From: an uncultured delta proteobacterium
GTDB taxonomy: Bacteria; Desulfobacterota; Binatia; UBA9968
Direction of reading: 5' to 3'
Assembly: GCA_963745835.1 (NCBI GenBank)
Contig: CAVUZH010000018.1
Location: 64,001 to 128,000 of the forward strand
Length of the DNA: 64,000 nucleotides
The translations under genes were made by a program, and so were the position numbers. The notes under the pieces were generated by a model, which was not told the DNA's origin, did not search any database, and worked only from the letters and a program-made list of their open reading frames with translations. Positions 12,391-21,928 of this stretch are shown one piece after another (the first letter of the stretch is position 1; the number at the start of each line of letters is the position of its first letter).

Positions 12391-13527
12391 ATGTCTAAAG
12401 CGGCGCAAGCAGATCGCAAAATGTGGAGTAAGATCTATACCTACGATGAGTGGATGGAGGCACAAGGTATTCCCATTTACCGCGGTTATTACATCGAGGA
12501 TTTGCGCACTTTGGGATTGGAGTGGTGGGAAGCGCGTCAGTGCAAAGCGGCGTTTATCCAGCTGGTGGGACAGGAAGGCGTCACTTCTGCTCGAGTGACC
12601 GAAATCCCGCCCGGCAAGACCGTGTCGCCACTTAAATTCAGCCTGGACGAAATCGTCTACGTGGTTGAAGGTCGGGGTTTGACAACTATCTGGGCCGGTG
12701 AGAATCGGCCAAAAAAAACTTTCGAATGGCAAAAGCACAGCATGTTCTTGTTGCCGCACAATTACACGCATCAGTTCAGCAATATGCAGGGGGACAAGCC
12801 GGCGCGCTTGCTGCACTACAATTACATGCCGCTGACGCTATCGGGGGTTCGCGATGTCAACTTCATATTAGGCAATCCTTACGAAGGACCGGATATTCAG
12901 AACCAATTGGATTTTTATTCCGAGGCCAAGATGGTGCAGCAAAGTCTGCTGGATGAGTCATGGGGGCGCCGCGCCTACTGGTACGGTAATTTTTTTCCCG
13001 ACATGCGCGCTTGGGACAAGCTCGATAGCAACGCCCGGCGTGGCGCCGGCGGCCGAAGTGTCTATATCCAGTTCCCCGACTCTGAGATGTCATGTCATAT
13101 GTCAGTCTTCGACGCGCGCCTGTACAAGAAGGCCCACCGGCATGGCCCGGGCCGAGTGATCGTCATTCCCGTAGGCGAGGGTTATTCAATCATGTGGGAG
13201 GAAGGTAAGGAGAAAGTCGTTGTGCCCTGGCATGAGGCTAGCTGCTTCGTGCCGCCGAACAAATGGTTTCATCAGCACTTCAACGCCGGCAGCGAACCGG
13301 CGCGATATCTTGCCTTGCATCCACCGATGCAGTTTCATGGCCACGCAGAAAAGGTGGAAGACCGCGCCAAAGATCAGATCGAGTACGTCAATGAGGACAA
13401 ATGGGTTCGCGACAAGTTTGAAGCGGAGCTGGCCAAGCGCGGCATCACATCCTTGATGCCGCCGGAGGCATACATCGACCCGGAATTCGAGTGGAACTGG
13501 TCCCCTTTCCTGCGTAAGTCCAGCTAA
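12391..13527 (+). CDS. Bicupin protein (paralog 2 of 9249..10382)
   Basis: Long identical blocks with paralog 1 (WYGNFFPDMRAW, KKAHRHGPGR, YLALHPPMQFHGHAEK); GGAGG RBS before ATG 12391. Confidence 0.75.
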   Translation: MSKAAQADRKMWSKIYTYDEWMEAQGIPIYRGYYIEDLRTLGLEWWEARQCKAAFIQLVGQEGVTSARVTEIPPGKTVSPLKFSLDEIVYVVEGRGLTTIWAGENRPKKTFEWQKHSMFLLPHNYTHQFSNMQGDKPARLLHYNYMPLTLSGVRDVNFILGNPYEGPDIQNQLDFYSEAKMVQQSLLDESWGRRAYWYGNFFPDMRAWDKLDSNARRGAGGRSVYIQFPDSEMSCHMSVFDARLYKKAHRHGPGRVIVIPVGEGYSIMWEEGKEKVVVPWHEASCFVPPNKWFHQHFNAGSEPARYLALHPPMQFHGHAEKVEDRAKDQIEYVNEDKWVRDKFEAELAKRGITSLMPPEAYIDPEFEWNWSPFLRKSS

Positions 13528-13547
13528 TCAAGGAATTGAATCGCTCG

Positions 13548-14450
13548 CTACTGGAGCTGCGGCAGGATTTTATTCCCAAACAAGTCCAATTGTGTCGGGT
13601 CGGGATCGGCCACGCCGATGATTAGTGTGTCGAGTCCACGAGATAAAAAAGAACCGATGCGGTCCGCGATGGCGCCGGGAGAGCCTACTAAGGATGTGCT
13701 TGCGACCTCTCCCCGGACCTTGCCGTAGTATCGCGTCATGTAGTTCTCGATGGTTTTAACCGCCCTGCCGTGATCCTCATCCACGGCCATGAAGGTGAGC
13801 CCCGCCTTTTCGATATCATCCGGATTGCGCCCTGCCGCGCGCGCGTAACCAGCGACTTTCTCCCAGGTCTGAGGAAATTCCGGAATAGCTGAGCTACCGC
13901 AAATATAGCCGTCGGCCCAGGTGCCGGCGCGTTTGAGTGCGACCTCAGCGCTGCCGCCGGTCCAAATAGGAATTGGCTTCTGAATTGGCCCTGGACCTAT
14001 GGTGAGATTCTCGACATTGAAAAACTTACCAGTGTGCGTGACGTTCTCTTCCGTCCAAAGACGTTTGATGAGATTGACTTGTTCCACTGCCCTACTGCCG
14101 CGCTTGTCGAAAGGTACTTCTACGGCTTTGTAATCGCTCTCCCGACTGCCGAAACCGAGGCCCAGTGTCATGCGGCCATTGGAAATGAAATCCAAGGTGG
14201 CGACGATTTTGGCGAGATGGGTTGGGTGCCGCAGGTTGCCCAGCAGCACTGAAGTACCGAGACGAATTCTTTGCGTCGCGCCCGCTGCGGCAGCTAACAT
14301 GGTCAACGGCTCGAGATTATCGTAGGCGACTCGGTCGATAGTCCACATCGAATCGACACCCATGGCCTCACAGTTCTTGGCAAAATTGACAACATAGTTT
14401 GGCCTGATCAACGGCGCTGGACTGACAACCGCAAGACCGATCTTACCCAT
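13548..14450 (-). CDS. LLM-class flavin/F420-dependent oxidoreductase
   Basis: LAAAAGATQRIRLGTSVL, ATLDFISNGR, PIPIWTGG. Confidence 0.9.
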   Translation of the reverse strand: MGKIGLAVVSPAPLIRPNYVVNFAKNCEAMGVDSMWTIDRVAYDNLEPLTMLAAAAGATQRIRLGTSVLLGNLRHPTHLAKIVATLDFISNGRMTLGLGFGSRESDYKAVEVPFDKRGSRAVEQVNLIKRLWTEENVTHTGKFFNVENLTIGPGPIQKPIPIWTGGSAEVALKRAGTWADGYICGSSAIPEFPQTWEKVAGYARAAGRNPDDIEKAGLTFMAVDEDHGRAVKTIENYMTRYYGKVRGEVASTSLVGSPGAIADRIGSFLSRGLDTLIIGVADPDPTQLDLFGNKILPQLQ

Positions 14451-14569
14451 TTATTTCTCCTTTTTACGGATCCAAGAACACTGCTAGCGTCTGGCTAAAT
14501 TAGACTAGGTACAGCGCCCTTTTCAAGTTGAATTCTCTGCGATATACGAGTCACAAGGAGGACGCGTAA

Positions 14570-15004
14570 ATGGAAGCTTCTACATTCAAGCTTAAGACCC
14601 CGCACATTACTGGAGGCCGTAGTCATACACCGCTGGCGCAAACAGAGCATATGACAATTGGCCTGAACTACTACATACCGGGACGGAAAAACAAACTACA
14701 TACGCATCCGGGGGAGGATCATACTTTTGTCGTGATGGACGGACAAGCCACCTTCTATAACAAGGATCATCAGCCGACCGTTCTCAATAAGGGTGAAGGG
14801 ATTATTTTGCCGGAGAACCACTACTACTATTTTCAAAGCACCGGCGATCGGCCTCTTGCCTTGTTTCGGGTGAGCGCGAAGAAGGGCACCAAACCGAAGG
14901 TTTTGCGGGTCGATTCTGAGGGAAATAAGCGTACCGACGAAGAGATCGACTTTGTCGTTGTTGATGGCGAGACTGTAGAGGGTAAATTTTGGGAGCTTGG
15001 CTAA
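14570..15004 (+). CDS. Monocupin protein
   Basis: LHTHPGEDHTFVVMDG cupin motif 1. Confidence 0.75.
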   Translation: MEASTFKLKTPHITGGRSHTPLAQTEHMTIGLNYYIPGRKNKLHTHPGEDHTFVVMDGQATFYNKDHQPTVLNKGEGIILPENHYYYFQSTGDRPLALFRVSAKKGTKPKVLRVDSEGNKRTDEEIDFVVVDGETVEGKFWELG

Positions 15005-15010
15005 GCACAA

Positions 15011-16165
15011 ATGAAGATCACCGAGGTTAAAACCCTTCGTTTGCGTGCCGCTATCCCGCAAGAGGGACAAGTTTTCAGTCGTTCCGGAGTGAGAAACTAT
15101 CGTTCAACGACTCTGGTTCAAATTGACACCGACGAAGGGGTTTCCGGATTAGGGTCCTGCTCGGGCAACGGCGAACTCATTGAATTCATCGTCGCGAAAA
15201 TATTGAGTCCGCTGATAGTCGGTATGGACCCGACCCGGATCGATGAAGTGTGGGAGCGGGCTTATATTAGAGGCGGCCACAAAGAATTCGGTACGCGTGG
15301 CATAGGGGTGGTCGCGTTGAGCGGAGTTGACGTGGCTTTGTGGGATATCATCGGCAAGATTCGCGGTCTCCCGCTCTACCAAATCTTAGGAGGTAAATGC
15401 CGTGACAAGGTTCCTGTATATGCCACGGCTCTTTACCCTGAAAAACCATCAACGGTTGCGAAAAAAGCCTGTCTATTTGCTGACCAGGGATTTCAGGGTG
15501 TAAAAATCAAGGTCGGTTTCGACCTGGATCAGGACATCGAAATTGTTCGCGCAGTACGCCAAGAGTTGGGCAGAGACTTCATTGTGATGACTGATGCGAA
15601 CCAAGGCTATACCGTAGATGTCGGATTGAAAGCGGCCGAAGCGTTCGCCGAGATTGGGGTATTCTGGCTTGAGGAACCGCTCTTTGCTGAAGACATCGCT
15701 GGGCATGCGCAGTTGCGGGAAAAGACCGAGGTGCCAATTGCCGTCGGTGAGAACTTGCACATGTGCTCAGCCTTTGAAAACTTCGTGGTGAGACAAGCCG
15801 TCGATTTCCTTCAGCCGGATGTGGCGCGCGCTGGCGGAATCACAGAAATAAGAAAGATTGCGGCTCTCGCTGCGGAACATCGGATGCCGATATCATTTCA
15901 TACTTGGGGAGACGCGGTGGCGCTGGCCGCCAGCGTTCATCTTTCAGCGGCCATGCCGGAGTGCACCGTGATGGAGCTCGACTATACGTACAATCCTCTT
16001 CGTGCGGAGCTATTGCGACAGCCGTTAAAAGTGGAAAACGGCTTCATGGCTCCTCCTGATAAACCGGGATTGGGAATCGAGCTTGATGCCGATGCTCTGG
16101 CGCGTTTCGCGTTCTCTGGCGTCGAAGAGCTTGCCGTACGGCAGAAAGCGTTGACTGCGAGATAA
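15011..16165 (+). CDS. Mandelate racemase/muconate lactonizing enzyme family protein
   Basis: SGVDVALWD, KIKVG, DAN, EEP, GEN, QPD, PGLG. Confidence 0.92.
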   Translation: MKITEVKTLRLRAAIPQEGQVFSRSGVRNYRSTTLVQIDTDEGVSGLGSCSGNGELIEFIVAKILSPLIVGMDPTRIDEVWERAYIRGGHKEFGTRGIGVVALSGVDVALWDIIGKIRGLPLYQILGGKCRDKVPVYATALYPEKPSTVAKKACLFADQGFQGVKIKVGFDLDQDIEIVRAVRQELGRDFIVMTDANQGYTVDVGLKAAEAFAEIGVFWLEEPLFAEDIAGHAQLREKTEVPIAVGENLHMCSAFENFVVRQAVDFLQPDVARAGGITEIRKIAALAAEHRMPISFHTWGDAVALAASVHLSAAMPECTVMELDYTYNPLRAELLRQPLKVENGFMAPPDKPGLGIELDADALARFAFSGVEELAVRQKALTAR

Positions 16166-16797
16166 ATCCGGCCGTGGTTATACTCGCGGGAGCGCGAGCG
16201 TTCGGGCCGCTGTAGAGGGAAAGGCGGCGTGTTAGTTGCCATGATGTTGCACTCACAACAAAGGAGATCCGCCTGATCTGATCCTCCGCTGAGATCTGTG
16301 CTTTTGAAGTAGCCGAGTGTGAACGGTGGCTTCCTGTCCTTCATAAATCGTTAAGTCTGCTATAACTCCGCGCTCGTTAACAGAACGGGGCTTAGTGAAC
16401 TGACTTTCGTGCACAGGGCTGTAAGGATCCTCTACTTCTTCTTTTCTGTAGAGAGGGTACTGCACAGACGCTCTGCTAGATCAGGGTTGGTTCCATCGAT
16501 ACACCTCAGATGACTTCGTAATTATAAGGAGTAGCTTAAATGTTTCGTCCGAAGGTATGGCTTGGAAGCCGAAAGGCCTGATAACTTTAAGCACGTGAGC
16601 TTCAGAGAATTTTATGATTTCCTGGAGGTCGCTCGACCTGAGAAGCCTTATCGATTCAAAGAGGGCTCGAACAGAGCCGATGGTCTAGAGAAAATTTAGC
16701 GATTCGAGAATCGGAAAGTCTCTGCCCATTAGCTGCATTGATAACCGGCCGTTTTGGGTTGCCTTGCCAGTCGAAGTTGCTACGATTGTTAGGCTTT

Positions 16798-18174
16798 ATG
16801 TACCAGGAAGATACGATTGCGGCGATTGCGACTGCGATGGGAGAAGGCGGAGTGGCGATTGTCCGCATCAGCGGACCGGACGCTGAAAAGGCTGTGCGTG
16901 CGATATTTGTGCGTTCACGTCAGAACGATATTAAGCTGCGTTCGCACGTACTCTACCAAGGCTCGATTCGCGATCCGCATGCCGATCTAATCCTCGATCA
17001 GGTTCTAGTAACCATAATGCGGCAGCCCCGTAGTTATACAGGAGAAGATGTTGCCGAAATCCATTGTCATGGTGGTGCCTTTTTGGTTCAACGGATTCTC
17101 GGCCTGGTGCTCGCGCAAGGGGTGCGTCATGCGGAACGCGGTGAGTTTACCAAGCGAGCGTTTTTGAATGGTAGAATGGATCTTTCCCAGGCTGAAGCTG
17201 TGCTTGATCTGATTCGCGCGCGCACGGATAAGGGCATTCAATTAGCGGTTCAAAACGCCGAAGGTGTTCTATCAAAATGGGTGGGCGATCTTAGGGAAGA
17301 ATTGATTGATATTCTCGTCCAGGTTGAAGCAGCGATCGACTTCCCGGAGGAAGACGTCGAACTCTTGGACCGTTCTGCGTTGATTACAAAGATCACTGCT
17401 CTGAGGGAAAAGATTGGGGGTATTTTAAGTACTTATCGATGGGGCAGATTGTTCAAAGAAGGTGCACGAGTCTGTATTTGCGGACGCCCTAATGTTGGTA
17501 AGTCGAGTCTTCTGAATGCGCTCATGGGCGATAGCCGCGTCATCGTCAGCGCGATTCCCGGTACCACCAGAGATGTTATTGAAGTGTCTCTCAACCTGGA
17601 TGGCTTACCCGTTGTTTTATGGGATACCGCAGGGATTCGCGAGACCGAGGACGAAGTGGAAAAAGCCGGCGTAGGCTTGTCTCTGGAATACATTGCAAAC
17701 GCCGATGCTGTTATCGCGGTCCTGGACGGTTCTGAGTCGCTAACCCAAGAGGACGTGTCGTTATTGTTAAACATCGATCATGCGAAGAGTTTGGTCGCCG
17801 TAAACAAGAGTGATCTGCAACAGCGACTCGATCTTATTGAAGCCAGGCATATTTTTACCAGCTCATGCTTTGTTCCCGTTTGCGCTAAGGATGGTACTGG
17901 AATAGACGGATTGAAGTCTAAGCTCCGGCAGTTTCTTCTCGGAAGAAGTATCGAATCGCCAGTGATCTTGAACAACCTGCGCCACAAAAATTCGTTACTT
18001 CGCGGCCAAGACGTTCTCGCAACAGCCATTGTACATCTCGAGCGAGGCGATCCACCCGAAATCGTCGCAGTCAGTCTCCAAGAGGCGAGAGAAAGTTTCG
18101 AAGAGGTAGTTGGAATCGTCACAAGCGATGATATTTTAGAACGTATTTTTAGTGATTTTTGTATTGGTAAATAG
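16798..18174 (+). CDS. mnmE: tRNA modification GTPase MnmE
   Basis: DTIAAIAT, GRPNVGKSSL, GTTRD, DTAG, NKSD, C-terminal FCIGK. Confidence 0.98.
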   Translation: MYQEDTIAAIATAMGEGGVAIVRISGPDAEKAVRAIFVRSRQNDIKLRSHVLYQGSIRDPHADLILDQVLVTIMRQPRSYTGEDVAEIHCHGGAFLVQRILGLVLAQGVRHAERGEFTKRAFLNGRMDLSQAEAVLDLIRARTDKGIQLAVQNAEGVLSKWVGDLREELIDILVQVEAAIDFPEEDVELLDRSALITKITALREKIGGILSTYRWGRLFKEGARVCICGRPNVGKSSLLNALMGDSRVIVSAIPGTTRDVIEVSLNLDGLPVVLWDTAGIRETEDEVEKAGVGLSLEYIANADAVIAVLDGSESLTQEDVSLLLNIDHAKSLVAVNKSDLQQRLDLIEARHIFTSSCFVPVCAKDGTGIDGLKSKLRQFLLGRSIESPVILNNLRHKNSLLRGQDVLATAIVHLERGDPPEIVAVSLQEARESFEEVVGIVTSDDILERIFSDFCIGK

Positions 18175-18209
18175 TTCATTACATTATTAACTAAGTCTTG
18201 CCAGAGACG

Positions 18210-18225
18210 TGTTTCACGTGAAACT
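18210..18225. promoter_or_regulatory. parS centromere-like site 1
   Basis: TGTTTCACGTGAAACT, 15/16 match to TGTTTCACGTGAAACA; abuts mnmG start codon. Confidence 0.92.
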
Positions 18226-20124
18226 ATGAAAAATGAGCAAATCTTCGATGTTATCGTGGTCGGGGCTGGCCATGCCGGTATAGAAGCATGTTTGGCTGCC
18301 TCTAGGATGGGTTCGAAAACATTGATGTTAACACTGAACCTCGATCATATCGGTCAGATGTCCTGTAATCCGGCAATCGGCGGAATCGGTAAAGGCCACC
18401 TTGTGAAAGAGATAGACGCTTTAGGTGGTGAAATGGCCCGGGCTATCGATGAAACCGGCATTCAGTTTCGAATGTTGAATACCAAGAAGGGTCCTGCAGT
18501 ACGCGCGTCTCGAGCTCAGGCCGACAAAGCTCGTTACCGCATGCGTATGAAGCGAGTTCTGGAAGCTTGCGGCAGCTTGACTCTTCGTCAGGGAAGTGTC
18601 GAAAGACTTCTTGTTAGAAACGGCTATGTAGACGGAGTTGAGACTCTAATTGGTGAAAAATTTTTTGGCAGAACCGTTATTCTAACCACCGGAACTTTCC
18701 TCAAGGGCCTAATCCATATCGGGAGCCAGAATTACTCTGCCGGGCGAGCCGGCGATTTCGCCGTGCAAGGATTAAGTCAGTATTTGGCTGAGTATGGTTT
18801 CAAAGTTGGGCGACTCAAGACGGGAACCTGCCCACGTTTAGATGCGCGTACTATCAACTTTCCTAGCTTGCAGGTTCAACTGGGCGATCCCGACCCGATC
18901 CCATTTTCGTTCTCGAATCAGTCGATAATTCAGAAGCAAGTGCCTTGTTACATAACGTACACCAATGAGAGAACCCACGAGCTGATTAGGTCGGCGATTC
19001 ACCTGTCGCCGATGTATTCAGGTGTAATTCAAAGTCGCGGCCCACGATATTGCCCATCCATCGAAGATAAGGTAGTGCGATTTGCCGATAAGATCCGGCA
19101 CCAGATCTTTCTCGAACCCGAGGGGCTGGATACGGTAGAGATCTATCCGAATGGAATTTCCACCAGCTTGCCACTCGAGGTGCAAGCCGATCTAGTGCGC
19201 TCGATTGAAGGTCTTGAAAAAGCCGCGATTATGAGACCGGGCTATGCGATTGAATATGACTACGTCGAACCAACCCAGCTAAAGCCTTCGCTGGAAACGA
19301 AGCTAATCCGAGGCCTATATCACGCCGGCCAGATAAACGGAACTACTGGCTACGAGGAAGCAGCGGCGCAGGGACTGATGGCTGGAATCAATGCCGCCTT
19401 GAGCAATCGGGGGGAAGATCCACTGATCTTAGGTCGCGATCAGGGGTACATTGGGGTCTTAATAGACGACTTGGTAACTAAGGGGACTGACGCTGAGCCG
19501 TACAGGATGTTTACTTCCCGTGCGGAGTATAGACTGATGTTGCGCGAAGACAATGCAGATCTCAGATTGACTGATATCGGATACAAGCTCGGTTGTGTTA
19601 GCGAAAAAGCATACGAGAAGTTACAGGAAAAAAAGCGCGATATGGCCGCTCTCGCGGAATTGCTGAATCGTCTTCAGGTTACACCGTGCAGTGAAACGAA
19701 CACAATATTGGAGCGTTTAAGCTCCGCTCCGATTACTAGCAAGAGCCCCCTTATACAGCTACTTCGTAGGCCGGAGCTAACGATTAGTGATCTGATCCGG
19801 TTCGCTCCAGAAATTGGAAACTATTCGCCTCATGTGGCAACTCAGCTAGAAGTGGAAGTGAAATATACGGGATATCTCCGTCGTCAGACTGAGATGATTA
19901 GTCGTTGTAGGAACATGGAAGAATCTCGGGTCCCGCAGGATATGGATTACGCTGCTATCAATGGACTCTCACGCGAGGTTCGAGAGAAGTTGGATCGCAT
20001 TCGCCCGTTATCCGTAGGCCAAGCAGCCAGAATCCCGGGCATCACTCCGGCGGCGATTTCATTGCTTTCTGTGTACTTGAAGAAACATTTCAGACGCCAT
20101 GAACTGAAGATTTCGTCCTCATAA
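18226..20124 (+). CDS. mnmG: tRNA uridine-5-carboxymethylaminomethyl synthesis enzyme MnmG (GidA)
   Basis: GAGHAG, MSCNPAIGG, GPRYCPSIEDK, GQINGTTGYEEAAAQG. Confidence 0.99.
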   Translation: MKNEQIFDVIVVGAGHAGIEACLAASRMGSKTLMLTLNLDHIGQMSCNPAIGGIGKGHLVKEIDALGGEMARAIDETGIQFRMLNTKKGPAVRASRAQADKARYRMRMKRVLEACGSLTLRQGSVERLLVRNGYVDGVETLIGEKFFGRTVILTTGTFLKGLIHIGSQNYSAGRAGDFAVQGLSQYLAEYGFKVGRLKTGTCPRLDARTINFPSLQVQLGDPDPIPFSFSNQSIIQKQVPCYITYTNERTHELIRSAIHLSPMYSGVIQSRGPRYCPSIEDKVVRFADKIRHQIFLEPEGLDTVEIYPNGISTSLPLEVQADLVRSIEGLEKAAIMRPGYAIEYDYVEPTQLKPSLETKLIRGLYHAGQINGTTGYEEAAAQGLMAGINAALSNRGEDPLILGRDQGYIGVLIDDLVTKGTDAEPYRMFTSRAEYRLMLREDNADLRLTDIGYKLGCVSEKAYEKLQEKKRDMAALAELLNRLQVTPCSETNTILERLSSAPITSKSPLIQLLRRPELTISDLIRFAPEIGNYSPHVATQLEVEVKYTGYLRRQTEMISRCRNMEESRVPQDMDYAAINGLSREVREKLDRIRPLSVGQAARIPGITPAAISLLSVYLKKHFRRHELKISSS

Positions 20125-20131
20125 ACGCCAA

Positions 20132-20147
20132 CGTTTCACGTGAAACC
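20132..20147. promoter_or_regulatory. parS centromere-like site 2
   Basis: CGTTTCACGTGAAACC, perfect 14-bp core palindrome between mnmG and parA. Confidence 0.9.
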
Positions 20148-20238
20148 ACAAGTTTCTGCTTTCTTTCCGACCTGCTTTGTGTTACAAACTTCAACAATCC
20201 CGCTAATATCTAAGTAGTTAATTTATTTGGGAATACAG

Positions 20239-21033
20239 TTGGGAAAAGTCATCGCAATTGCTAACCAAAAAGGAGGCGTAGGGAAAACCACGACTTCGAT
20301 CAATTTGGCCGCTTCATTATCGATCGAAGGGAAAAGAACATTGTTAGTTGATGTAGATCCCCAGGGAAACAGTACAACCGGCTTAGGATTAAATCGTTCT
20401 GAACTAACGTCGAGTCTTTACGACGTTATTACTGGAACCCATGTGTTGGCAGAAGTAATTTGTGGAACCGAACTGCCCTTGTTGTTTGTCGTTCCAGCAT
20501 CCAAAGACTTGGTAGGTGCTGAGATTGAGTTGGTTGAAGCCGACCGACGTGAATATCGCCTTAAATATGCGTTAGCTCCCCTGACTGACCAGTATGACTT
20601 TATTGTTCTTGATTGCCCACCATCTCTAGGCCTTTTGACCCTGAACAGTTTAACTGCCGCGAATTCCTTATTGATTCCGATCCAAAGCGAATACTATGCT
20701 CTCGAAGGACTGACCGCCCTGCTCGAGACCTGGCAGCTGGTCAAACAAGGCTTAAATCGCTTTTTGGAACTGCAGGGTATTATCATAACGATGTTTGATA
20801 GCCGTAATCGACTCTCGCACCAAGTCGTCCAGGAGATCCAAAAACATTTTCCCGAAAAATTATTCAAGTCGATCATCCGCAGAAACGTACGTCTGAGCGA
20901 AAGCCCAAGTTACGGCAAGCCGGTTTGTTTATATGATCCAAGCTCTAGCGGGGCGCAAGATTACCTGGATTTAGCAAAAGAACTAATTGCACAGGGAGAC
21001 ACACATGTCATTACAGAAAACGGGATTGGGTAA
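20239..21033 (+). CDS. parA: Chromosome partitioning ATPase ParA/Soj
   Basis: [30 protein letters not shown]; TTG start uncertain (20227 or 20239). Confidence 0.97.
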   Translation: MGKVIAIANQKGGVGKTTTSINLAASLSIEGKRTLLVDVDPQGNSTTGLGLNRSELTSSLYDVITGTHVLAEVICGTELPLLFVVPASKDLVGAEIELVEADRREYRLKYALAPLTDQYDFIVLDCPPSLGLLTLNSLTAANSLLIPIQSEYYALEGLTALLETWQLVKQGLNRFLELQGIIITMFDSRNRLSHQVVQEIQKHFPEKLFKSIIRRNVRLSESPSYGKPVCLYDPSSSGAQDYLDLAKELIAQGDTHVITENGIG

Positions 21034-21889
21034 AGGTCTTAGCGCCCTAATCCCAGTTGCACCGCCTCAGTCTGTTCAGAACACCTCCAGCGACGATCCG
21101 CAGACGCAGGTGGCCATCGACAAGATCAGCCCAAGCCCATTCCAGCCCCGCCGGGCCTTCGACGAAATCAAGCTTCAAGAGTTAGCGGTGTCGATCCGTA
21201 ATCAAGGGATTATTCAACCATTGGTCGTTCGACCGAAGGGGGAGCGATTCGAATTGATAGCTGGCGAACGCCGCTGGCGGGCCGCGATGAAGGCTGGCTT
21301 AAGTACGGTGCCGGTAGTCATGAGACAGGCAAGCGACCGTGATGCGCTTCAGCTTGCCCTGATCGAAAACCTTCAGCGTGAGGATTTAAACCCCATCGAA
21401 GAAGCCACCGGGTACCGCCGTCTACAGGATGAGTTTACCTGGAGTCAGGAAGAAGTGGCGGAAAAAGTTGGTAAAAGCCGGCCCGCCGTTACGAATGCTT
21501 TGCGGCTTTTGTCGCTACCCTCTGAAGTGCAGCAAGAAGTGGCCTCTGGCAACCTGCCCGCGGGACAAGCGAGAGCCTTGTTGGGATTGCAGAGCGAAGC
21601 AGTTATCATCACGGCGTACCGTGAAGTCGTCGCTAGAGCGCTTTCAACGCGCGAGACTGAAAAATTGGTGCGCAACTTGAAGCTTGGCAGACGACGCCGA
21701 CGAGAATCGCCTGCGGTTGATCCGGATCTCCGTTCTCTCGTTGAAGAGTTGCAGCGGGCACTCGGAACCAAAATAAGAGTATTGCCCAAGGCGCGAAGCA
21801 ATAAGGGTAAAATCGAAATAGAATACTACAGTCTTCCTGACCTGGAGCGAATCATCGGTACGATCACAACGCGTTCCAGCCCAATGTGA
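21005..21889 (+). CDS. parB: Chromosome partitioning protein ParB
   Basis: [38 protein letters not shown]. Confidence 0.98.
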   Translation: MSLQKTGLGKGLSALIPVAPPQSVQNTSSDDPQTQVAIDKISPSPFQPRRAFDEIKLQELAVSIRNQGIIQPLVVRPKGERFELIAGERRWRAAMKAGLSTVPVVMRQASDRDALQLALIENLQREDLNPIEEATGYRRLQDEFTWSQEEVAEKVGKSRPAVTNALRLLSLPSEVQQEVASGNLPAGQARALLGLQSEAVIITAYREVVARALSTRETEKLVRNLKLGRRRRRESPAVDPDLRSLVEELQRALGTKIRVLPKARSNKGKIEIEYYSLPDLERIIGTITTRSSPM

Positions 21890-21928
21890 TGCACCCGCCG
21901 GTCAGCGAAAATCGTTATCGAATAAAGT

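Noticed and set aside
16560-16590. Hammerhead-like GCCGAAAGGC stem
   Set aside because: Core CUGAnGA and GAAA elements are not in the required order
16166-16797. oriC candidate upstream of mnmE
   Set aside because: No convincing TTATCCACA-type DnaA box cluster seen and no dnaA in the window
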